64,000 nucleotides of DNA from Botryllus schlosseri (taxonomy: Eukaryota), in contig CM119373.1 of NCBI GenBank assembly GCA_051294905.1, forward strand, positions 5,952,001 to 6,016,000. The letters are read 5' to 3'. The notes beneath the pieces were generated by a model that was given only the letters and a program-made list of their open reading frames with translations, was not told the DNA's origin and made no database searches. Shown in pieces: positions 38,215 through 49,700 of the stretch; position 1 is the stretch's first letter, and each line of letters starts with the position of its first letter. A program made the translations under genes and the position numbers.

Positions 38215-39822
38215 TTTATTCATGTATGTACATAAAATATCAATAATTTCATAAAGAAAATCATTCCCCTTCATCGGGTCATCTCGTCTCAGCCGTCGCC
38301 GAATTTGGATTTGTAGTCGAGGTCGTAGCCGCTCGGTTCGTCTCATCTCGCTGTAGTCGATGTAAATTTGTAGTCGTGGTCGTAGTAGGAGCCGCCGGTA
38401 TCTGGCGCTCGTTTGCGTTTGTGGATTGGGTTGGGTGCTGGGTATTCGGTGCGGAGTGGTGGTGGGGTTTGGGAGGTGGGGGTTAGATGGGTTAGGGAAG
38501 GGTTTAGGGGGTGGGTAGAGTGGGATTGGATGGGAGGTTAGAGTGGTTGGGATATGTTGTGGGTGGATTGGTTGGGTTTTGTGGGTCGATAAATATGATA
38601 CGATTTATCTCGTTTTGTCTGTGCGTTCAGTGGGCTCGCTTAAATTTTTCGGTATATTTTACTTCTTATATCATTGATGCGTTGGTCAATATTTTGGGCG
38701 TATTCATTTTGGATGTCGAGTGCATTTTTCCATTCCCACACAAGGGTTTTCACGTTCATAAAGGCTTTTATTATGGTCGGAGCTTGCGGTCCGTCGTATA
38801 CGCTGCGCATTATCTCGTCGGGTGTAGCGTCGATAGTCGTTTGCAGGTCGTTCTCGAGATCCTGTATTACAAGAGAGAACAGTTTTTTGTAAGTTGCACA
38901 TTCGGCGAAGGTATGGCGCAAAGTATCTTCTGCATGTTGGCAGAATTTGCATTTGTTTTTCAGGTAGGCGTCTTTTCTTCGTATCCATCCAGCGTTGGTT
39001 TTTCTGGAGCCTGTAAAGTAGCTCTCAGTGTTGATGCGATACGAGATCTCGCGTTGCTTGTTGTCAATGTGATCTTTGATATTGGGTTGGTATAGCCATA
39101 TCTGTTTCCAGTCCGACATTCGGTTTCCTCCTTGTTGCGTCTTCTTTTTAACAAGGATCTGGTACATTTCTTTCTGGCTTAGTTCTTGTACCTCTTGTGA
39201 TTGGCTTTTGATTACGTCAAAAATTTCCTTTTCCTTCCTCCATTCCTTCGTCAAGGTATTTCTGTGAGGGTAGAGGTTGTTGTATAAATTGCAATTTATA
39301 TCTCTCACCCTCGTTGTCAAATTGTATATTGCTTCAGCGTGCCAGATATCAATCGGGCTCTCAAGTCGGCTTAGTTGTTGTAGCCTTTTTGCTCTCTTTG
39401 CGTGTGTGGCGGATTCAATATCTGGCATGTCGATCCCTCCTTCTGGCTTGGGTTTGATCAGTTTCATTCTGCCCCTTTGCTCGAGTTTTTCAGGGCTCCA
39501 CAGTAGGCTGAAGACGAGGCGTTCAAATTGCTTGAGCTTGTCGTCTGGAATCTGCTTGTTAGCATATGTATACGTTATTTTGCTAATTATGTATGCCCTA
39601 ATGGCCGTTATTTTACCAATCCAGGAAAGCCGTTTTGATTTAATATGCCTTACGCTCTTTTCAGCTCCTTGCCAGAGTCTGTCAAAGTTCATTTGCAGTT
39701 CGCTTTCACCGTGGTATAAGCCCAGCCCCAATTGGGTGGGTTGGGATGCGGCTGTAACGGTCCTAACTGTTAGCAGGCCTAATACGGAACCAATTGCAGA
39801 GCTGGTGCGAAATGGGTTGTGA
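38215..39822 (-). mobile_element. 5'-truncated non-LTR retrotransposon (L1/Tx1-like): ORF2 C-terminus plus 3' UTR
   Basis: Open 363-aa frame 38640-39731 with LSWIGKITAIRAYIISKITY, KPEGGIDMPDI and the CCHC-type finger CKFCQHAEDTLRHTFAEC. C-rich 3' UTR and an AATAAA near 38215-38220. Confidence 0.85.
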
Positions 39823-40790
39823 ATAATTTTATATGTAGTTCTATTAGTGAAATTAAAATAGTATCTTCCCCGACGAAAATACTCGGGTTCATTTCAATAC
39901 TATTCATCTGTATATTGAAGTTCCGGTTCAATCCGCACATAGACACAATATTCCACTTTCGTTCAGATCGCTATTGAAAAGTTCTTACACGGTACAATCA
40001 CTGCTAGACTTTGTCATATTGTCCACTAGGGACTTAGAGTTCCATGAATAAACAGGCATGGTGCAAAAGGCCTCAGTTTTCCGAGAAGCACTCCCATCCT
40101 CCTATACATACATTTGAGTTCTGTACCTCCAAGAAGCTCTTCCAAGTTCAATTAAACAAAATTTCGGCAGTTAGATCCATTTCTTTTGTCAGCATGTTAA
40201 TTGGTACGTATTCTACAGTTCCTTGTGACCAACCGCGTCATTCTCCGCTCTTCCTTGAATAGTCCAAATAGACTTATACTGCCGGCAATGTATAGTCATT
40301 TGGTTGTCTGTATTATGCTTAACTGAATTCGACAGTTATCCTAACCAATCGTAACCAAATTTCAAAATAGTGTCTGTATTTGTTCAATGCAGGGATCAGA
40401 CCAGTTGAACATATCCAGAGTCATATCGATAGCGCTATTTTCGATTGGCACGTAAATGGAGTATGCCGTCTCTCCATTTGGTCGCTTTCCCAGGAATAGA
40501 TCTCTTTGACTCTGATCTTACTTCAAACGCTAATATGGGATGACAAAATCGCTAGTTTTCTACAATGCATTCATATCTTATTTTGCAATCCAGTATAATT
40601 AGTCATATCACTCAAATCAATGTCAATACGCAGGAAAGGCGAGATTTTATTCAACATTCCCTATATTGGCTGAGCGAGCTCGTACGAGAGTATATGTAGA
40701 ATGAAAATATTCGGATATGCCTATATCCAACATCTTGAGACAGTGCATGCATGTCCTTGACTAACAGGAATCCATCAATACCAGAATCGT

Positions 40791-43700
40791 TTATTCAGTT
40801 CTTGAATTTCTTCTGATCGCGCGAAGATCATAATCCACCATTGATCGAACGCTGATACCAAACCCAAGTTTCGAAGGAGGTTTCTGCAATAAAAATAGAA
40901 TGTGGAACTTTTAACTTATTACGCACGAGATAATGCGTAGGATTTATAATGTTTGATGCGCACTGGAAATCATACGCAAATGTGTCTGGTGGAGTAGGGT
41001 GGGAAGGGATGCTTTCACTCCCAAAACATGAGGACTCAACATTGTGCCGACTTATTGTTCGTAAATTCGACTTGTATCGCGTCTTTCCCATTTGACTTCG
41101 TAGTATATCACGTGGTGACTTTACATTATTTAACCAATTACCCTTGTCCGGATTATCCATCGCACGCAGTTTCGGAATTTAAAGTAACATTTTTACATAT
41201 ATTAGGCTACCTTGTAAAAGATCATAATCTCGCGATGCAAGATATCAACATTAGTGGTAATGATCACTCTACTATTCAATATTACTAATAATGATTTAAA
41301 AATTTCGCCCGTCGCATATTTTCACCGAAGTGGCGCTATTTGTACATGAGAACGACAAATTTTTTAATCCTTCTAATAACGGTGCGGAATCTGCTCTTCC
41401 CTTACTGTGGACTTTAGGGTTGTCAAAAATTTAGAAGTTTTCAAAGTTCTGCATTGTAATGTCTTATTATGTACATTAGTGATAAAAAAATCAATGAGAT
41501 TGGAATATGCCCACAGGAAAAGCGTTATTATTTCGCGCAAAACTTTTGAAAGTAGCTACCGAAGAGTGGCCGTGCTATCGACGAGAAAACCAGCAAGCAC
41601 GAAATTATACCTTTTTATTCGCCAATCTGATATGCTTCAATGACCACCACGGCGTCTTGCTGATCAGGTGCTTCTATTTGTTCACGAAGTGTGATAACGG
41701 CAGTGATTCGGTAAGCGCATTGTAGGCTTGTGAGTTAGGGCAATTTTTGCAACTTTTTTACAGCTTCCGGCAGCTTCCAAATACTCGGAAATCGTGTAGT
41801 ATGATTTTTAAGCTGTTTGGAGGATTATCATATTGTAGGGTTTCCATACGTCCTCTTTTAGGAGGATTTGTCCTCCTTTTCGCGGGTTTTTGAAAATGTC
41901 TTCCGAGGACGCCTAAATGTCCTCCTTGATCTTGGTCTTGGCCTTGGTTATATTTATAGCAAAATTCGACTGAGATGCCGTAAATCAGACCGAAGTGACG
42001 GCGGGTATTTCGGGAGCTGAGTAAAAAGTATTTTTTTAGTCAACCGCCCGACAGCTGTGAAGGTAAGACTGTATTTTGGGCAATGAGCGAGAAAGTTGAC
42101 CATTTTTTTAGTCAAACACCTGATAAATTGAAGGAAAACTGTATTTTGGTCACTGAACGAGAAAGTTGACCTTTGATTTTTTGATTTTTCGTGAAACATT
42201 TTGCAACTTTTTTCGATTTTTCATGGAAATTTTTTACAGCTTTTTTCGATTTTTCATGCAACTAACTTTTTACTGGAAATATTTGCCACTAAATAGATCG
42301 CTTGATTATTTCACTGTCGTTCAAATTGAGGACATTTCTGATTTGACGTACATTCCAGTGTTGGGATGACTCGAGTCAACTTTTGGTATGACTTGACTTG
42401 ACTCGGCGCTTCAAAAGTGCAGATTGAGCAAAATTTACGAGTCAATTTCCAGTCATCAAGTTCTTTAAATCACTGTATTTTGTGCATGTTCGGATTGTGA
42501 GAGTAACCAGTCATTCACTGATTGTACGTTTCACTGCTCCTCTATTCCTATTGTTACAGCTCAAATAAATTGACCTCAAACGAAATGATCACAACGTTGT
42601 AGTAGTATCAGTATATTAATATAATAGCAACGTATGTATGTTTGTTAGACGGCCCAGTCCTTTCATTGCGCCGTGATCACCTTTATCAACCCTCTTGTAT
42701 GATTTAAATCGGGCGAATATAGTTTATGAGTTTATATTCTCACTTATGCTATGTGTAGATGGGTAGTGTATTGTACCATATCAATTTGCTTCAACTTCTC
42801 GAGGCTCGTATTCGATCCTCTTGGCTGATAATAACAGACTCTAGCATGTAGCTAATAGCGAAACAGTTACACACGCACATTGTTTGCAGTTCGACGTGTG
42901 CGTGAACGATACAACGCCTTATTCTTGCATGCATATTCAACTTTATATTCGTTATTTAATTCAAAATAAATGGTCTTTCACACAGCTAGCAAAATGTAAT
43001 GACTTTGAATTTGAATTGTCATTGATAATTCAAAAATTGAGTTTGACTTGAATTGTGACTTGACGCGTGACTCGACTTGACTTGACTTGACTCGAGTCAC
43101 CTTCGAAAATTGATTGACTTGACTTGACTCGAGTCAAAATCTACAATGGCTCGAGATGACTCGTAGCTCAAAGGTAGTGACTTGATCCCAACACTGGTAC
43201 ATTGAGGCTAGACCGCCGAAAATTATAATTTCACTGGGTCAATTTTTCCAGGCAATTGATTTTGTTGAGGTCGCCAACACCGAGTTTTGCTACACTGCCT
43301 TGGATACGAATCGATTCAAGTATCTCATAACCTAATAATTTCAAGAAACTTGTCTATAAATCCAACTTTCCATGGATTTGACTGCAACAAAAACCTGCCC
43401 TAGTTAATAGTAAAATTTGACACCAGGTGATTGAATGTTTCAGTTGTAAGAATAATTGATGATAAAAGTCTGGACTGGATATTGAATACTTGTTTGTTTG
43501 TTTGTTTTGGGGTATTTATGGTGTTTGTCGACTACTATGGTCATTTACACCATGCCGATATTCTTCATATTTTCCGTAACTGCCGACTTATAGCACTGCC
43601 CACCTCTAGGCTTTTGTAACACGCCGCTGACGTGGATGAGGTGGCGAGGAGGAGCCTAGGTAAACCTCCAACACTTAGGTAACGGAATTTGGAAGTCGAC

Positions 43701-46700
43701 CTCGGTCGGACTCGAACGCGCACCCATTGGTGTTGCAGCCGCGGATCACACCACTGCGCTATGTCGCCATATATTGAATACTTCGTATGGCGGTTATCAC
43801 AACTAAGGATTCAAGGTATTTCAACCTCAGGGTACAAACTTTGTTCAAACCCAGCAATATCAGACTTCTAGAGCACATGACGTCAATATCAGATCAGACG
43901 GCGCAGAGAACTTATGCTTTCTAAACACGTTATGAAATAACCCGTATTAATTTATCGCATTAAGAATTGATTGATTCATGCAGCAGTGCTAAACCAATTT
44001 TTAGTCGCAGTACCGGTGTATTTGCAGTAGGTTCGAAGGTAAATTGCCGTAGAAGATGCGCCATGCTCAGCTTGATCTCAATCAGGGCAAATCGCGTAGC
44101 GATGCAATTTCGTGGACCTCCGCCAAACGGTTAATATACCATTGGGTCAATCTGGGTCATGTCACTCATCCTAGGAAAATAGGGTAAGCTTTATATTGTG
44201 ATTGAATTTAAAGGGCACGGCCCGGTTAATTACGTAACCTTTCAGGCTTGAAAAGGTCAGGCTCATCCCAATATTCTGGGTCGTGCGATAGAGCGAATGT
44301 AGGTATATTGATCGTCACTCCTCTTGGTATGGTGAAGCCGTTGATCGTTGTCTGACTGCCGCATATTCTAGTATTCCTGTAAAAACAAACTTTGAAAGAT
44401 GCAGGGACATATCATCAATTTTCCATGAACATAAAATATACCACGCTGATATTTGGCTCCCATAGTTTGACCCCCATCCTCGGCGGGTCATTTTATCACT
44501 ACCCTTTTGTTATACTATAGTTACAGATACACACATTATATTGTAACCTACACCATCCATGTTCAATTTGTCATGTTACCCTGATAGGAGTAACTGAATA
44601 GGTTACAAAATGAACACGTTTTTTGGAATGCAGTAATTGTAGCTCTGGAAAGGATGGGTCGCGCTGAGATTGTCTGCACGATTTACCTCAAAATGGTAAT
44701 TTATTCCGTTTCCGCCATTATTCATGTACACTGTTATTGGTCGTGGCGCAAAAGGCCGTCAGGCGATAAGCGCCTTCCTTTATGTTTAATAAACAAAAAC
44801 CTCAAAATGGGATTGTAGATTCTTATTACAGTTTTGTTCACAGATATCTCAAGTTATTTCATTTCGGTTGTGGTTTCATCATCAAATTTGCTTTGGCAGG
44901 ACAACCTTTGTAGTTTGCATGCGACATATTAGATTCGTTAGATTGTCAGCTATGTGTGTTGTCACCTTTCTCGCATAGATTTCGTCGACAAAAACATCGT
45001 GGAAAAAATATATAACGCTATATTCCCATAGTTCCGGCTACGTAGAGGGTCGATGCCGAGTTAAAGATTCTGGTTTTGACTTACCTCAAAATGGGATTGT
45101 AGATTCTTAACGTCTCGTTCACACACATCTCCAGATATTTCATTTCGGTTATGGCTTCGTAATCGAATTCGCCCTAACGGGAAACAGGTGAAGTTGATAT
45201 GCGATATATTGAATTTCTGAGATTGCTAGATTTGTGTTGTCACCTTTTTCGCATAGGTTTCGTCGACTTCTTCCTGGACTTTCTTTTGAACTTGTGGGTG
45301 TTGCGCCAAGTTGTAGGCTAAGAAACTCAAGGCGTTCCCGGTATTCTCGAAGCCTGCTAGTATCATGAGCATTGAGTTTCCAAGGATCTCGTTCCGGTCC
45401 ATGCCTGTTTGAACAGTTGGGATGTTCAATGGGAACCTGAGCGGCCTATATGTGGTATCGTCTGGAGACAGAATAAGACGGATATCGTAATATAATTGAT
45501 GAAAAACATAGGCGTAATAACATAGGCAGTCGATAAATGCTTGATGCTACTGACTGGTCAGTAAACATAAAATAAATGTCATCGAATGCGGATATCGGAA
45601 TATATAGTTAACGTAACCCTTATGTATATTATGCGAATGCGCTCAAAATAATCGTTATTGTTCCCGACACTTGCGGCAAGTAAAGGTATTAGAATATCAT
45701 CAATCGCAACGTAGATGAGTAGGACTATACAAGTCCGTCCTTCCGATGCAGCCTAAGACTTTTCAAGTAAACATATCTGAAGCGTGCAGTTTGATCTGTA
45801 CTCAAAAATACCAAGTTTTAAAGGGTAATTTGCGAGGGGCGTCTCATATGTTTTCATGCCAATCTAAATAGATATTAGACTGATGCCTTAGATATTACGA
45901 AATGCGTGCATAATTTGCTAATGCAGATTTTGATTATTGCGACGTCTCCATACTAGGCACTATTCGTAACTTCTGCACTAAACAATCGTGGGGTGTCTTA
46001 TAATGGCGCACGGGAACGACACATGAGATTTGACGATTGTGTATCCCACCTTTCTCCAATTTATTGGACTTCGCCTCTTTTGCTGATATTTCGTTGTCCA
46101 GCATCAGTTGCATCAGGTCAACCCGCCGTGTCTAAACGAAAAGTCGATGAGATGATGTTTATATTTACTAACACTAGTCGTTTATGAGAAAAGGGTGGGT
46201 AGAAAAGTGATGTTAAAAACTTAAATTAATTATCCAACATTTCGCCATCTTGCTTCTAAGAAGTCCTCCAAATTTGTGTGCAGCAGATATCAAGAGAGAA
46301 CACTAGAGAACAATATACCTAGTCTGTGGTAAATTCGGCCGAATTATGTCAGCAAGTCCTTTGGGATCGCCTGCCGTCATTTATTATGAGAAGACTAAAT
46401 CAACGGTGACGTTGATTACGTACAGTGTTAGAAGGCAGCCAATTCTTGCCTACACATTTGAGATGGTTATAGACGATGAAGATGGGACGGAAGCACCACC
46501 CTATCTCCTATCCAGGCTATGCTGGAGGGCCGAGCGCCTATCAGAGTTGAAGCGGATAACATCCGTTAGCCTATTCCAAAATGAGTCATTAGTATGAGTC
46601 AAGTATTGCAATCACTTTCTTATTTGATAGCTTATTGAAACCAACACCAACCTTATAATTGTATATTAATTCCAGACATACGAAGCGAACAAGAAATAAC

Positions 46701-49700
46701 AAACATAACTGACCTGGGATTTTGGGGTCGTCATCCGTTCGTATATCACGTGTTGGAACACAGCTCGGAAGTAGTGTAGCGGCTCCTTTGCGAGAATAGA
46801 ATAATTGAAAAACTCCAATACTCTTTCGAATGGCGGGTATATGACTAGAAATGAAAACGAATGACTGGATGTTTATTCAAAGTGCCTCATGTAAGAGCTG
46901 TAACACCTATGAATTGCGATTTCGAGTCCATCCCGAACGACTCCATAATTGCTTCTTAGGTGTTGTAGGTTTATCTAGGTTCCTCTTAGCCTATATTACT
47001 CGCGAGCGGTGTCGTACAGAAGCCTAACAGGAAAGTGGGCCGTGTTACAAGTCGGCAGATCAGGAATCAAAATATATAATATCGGCCTGACGCAAACTGA
47101 CCAATGTATCCGAAACATCATAACATGATTGAGCATGAGCAGGCCTTGGAGAGTCGGGAGCAGAGGTAAAATCGGATGTTTCTATTTTAGGGTGGAGTGA
47201 AAAATGGAAAATTTGGAATTTCAAATATCAAAAATATATATTTCTATAATAGTTTTTGACTCGTGTACCCTGTAGTGGTCCTGCAATTTCACCGAAAGAG
47301 CCAAAAATAACTAATTTCGCTATATACTCATAACCGCTTACACTAGAAAGCTTTATTTCGGCCTAAAAGATGCAGAAGCAACAATAAGTTTTTATCTCAC
47401 TTCCACAGAACTTTGTCTTAAAATTAAACAGAAAAAATTACAAGTAAATTATTGATTTTTAGACCGTTTATATGTAAAATTAGGCACTGAAGCAGTGGGT
47501 ACGATGCCAAAAGCGTGTGGTGATTGATCGTATGACTGACAACTCCATATTGAAAACACATAAATTGCAAATCCATATTGAAAACACAAAAACATCAATT
47601 CTATATTGAAAAAAGAAAAATTTCGAAGATGGTTTCACTACCAGAGTATTAGTCTGCACAGTCTGCATAGTCTGCAAAGCCCAAAATCAGCTTTCTAGTG
47701 TAAGCGGTTTTCAATATATAGCGAAATTAGCTAGTTTTGGCTCGTTCGGTTAAATTGCACGACCACTAGAGGGTGCACGAGCCCAAAATTAATATATAAA
47801 TTATTTTATTGATATTTGGCGACACGCATCAAGTGTCCATTTTGAAATTCCAAATTTTACATTTTTCACCGTACGCTATTCTATATACATGGGAGTTTGC
47901 GTCGCGAAAAAATTGTTTGATTTTGTCGTTTCGGGAGTCATATATAATCGAAAAAAACATTTCCCCGAGTTCACATCGCATCGATATGTAAAACCATAGT
48001 TGGACTGGAGAAAGTCGTATAGCTTGAATCTGGAATACGTGTCATTGTCGCAAATACCTTCACGAATGAGTCGCATTAGGAGTTGTAGTCACGAGTTGAG
48101 AACAGATTGAGTGGGGGCTTGGCCAGTGTCGAAGTTTAATTCAAATTTTACGGTGTGTTGAAGATAATATCGGTGGTTCGTACCGAGATATTGACCAAGT
48201 CCTACTGGTATTTTTTCGGAGACAGTAATACAGTCGTGGTGTCTCGCAACTAGTGAAGCAATCCGAATACACATGTTCCAATTAGATTATACGTTGGCAT
48301 TTGGTTTGATTTCATACCTGGGAAATTCGAGACTTATCACGTTCATATTATGGTCGCGAAACAAAAACAAAGAGACGATTTGTGGTGAGACCGTCAACAC
48401 CAACGGACAAACCCGACCAACTAAAAGTCACACTCACAGCACATCAGAATCATCGGACTGAAAAATGACATATTGAATAGATTCTTCGTCTGTCTTGCCA
48501 TTTCCGGTTCTTTTTCCGTGTCGTCTTGTGAATTAACTTCGGTGCTGAAGGCGGCAGAACATATGATGTCTAGGGACAGCCGCGAGAATATCCTGCGTAG
48601 AAGTTAATATCGCAATAAGTAGCTTATATCCAATAGAAATTCAATTTGGATGTCGTGAACACGCATGGGGAAATCGCTATATGCAATCGCAATCGATTAC
48701 AGCATTTTTACGTAATCGTGATTAGGGATGGTGTGAACCTCTACTTTTCAGAGAAGTTATAGCCTATATTATTGTAGGTGTACACGATACCTAGGGAAGT
48801 CTTGTTCATCACCAGATGGGGGTCTAAGGCCAACGTTTTTTTTGGGGGGGGGGGCTGACGAAGTGCTGTTACGGCCCTGCTCGGGACACATAATGCCACA
48901 ATGCTGAAGTACATATTGACGTTTTTAACGTCGCTAAATGTATCAACTGGGGCAATCAAACGATATAATATTCCCATAAAATCAAAATCTTCCGTCGCTT
49001 TGCCGATAATTTCGACAAGGGCTTGCAAGGGAATATAAGCATACGCCTTAACGGTCAGGCCAGACGTGACAAATGTATTCGGCGTGTGAGTATTGCTACG
49101 TTTATATTGAGCAGAGTGTAAAACGGGATCCTGTACTTGGTACCGATAATATTTTAACAAGTTATACAGTCGTCATTCTTCACGGATTTGGTTTGTATGA
49201 TACAATAAACGTATGAAATCAAGATTGACCCCGTACGCCTGCTAGATTTTTTACATCAGACAATGATATCAATTTCATTCATTGGTTGAATAAGCATCAT
49301 TCGCTGACTACCCACATGTGGTGTATTTCGCTCTTGGTGTTGTGTGATTGCGGGTCAAGCTCACGGCAAAGAGGCACTAAATATTCACGATCGGAAAGCT
49401 GGATATTTCGAGCAAACTTTTGTAACAAAGCAGGTAGAAATGTTGAGATTGTCGAGGTGCAGGGTCGTTTAGACTTGATTCTTTTATGCTGCTAGCGCCA
49501 TGCATAGTGCGGCTCGCAGTTCAAATGCAAAGAATTACAACCAAAGTAATTATAATGAAGTGAAAATTGTGATATATGAAAAAGGTTCACAGTGCAGAAC
49601 CTACCACGGTTCGTTTGTGAACGCGAACCTCTAAATTTTCTAGGTTCACACCAGGGTGGTAATGACTCGAGTCATGACTCGACTCGAGTCATGTTTTTCA

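Noticed and set aside
38511-39822. Plus-strand ORFs of 194 aa (38511-39095) and 181 aa (39277-39822)
   Set aside because: Antisense shadows of the retrotransposon ORF2 and its G-rich UTR; no independent motifs.
5969-40791. Operon-like polycistronic arrangement of the four co-oriented genes
   Set aside because: Intergenic gaps are about 1.6, 7.4 and 7.6 kb and filled with TEs, unlike the abutting genes of tunicate operons.
43690-43768. tRNA-like sequence with A and B boxes
   Set aside because: Acceptor, anticodon and T stems do not pair, and it continues into a repeated body, so it is a SINE head rather than a tRNA gene. The same applies to 6480-6546 and 19500-19567.
48741-49160. 139-aa minus-strand ORF inside the 48723-50209 element (SIVALCVPSRAVT faintly like hAT PATSVPSER)
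   Set aside because: Similarity too weak to call a transposase without a search.
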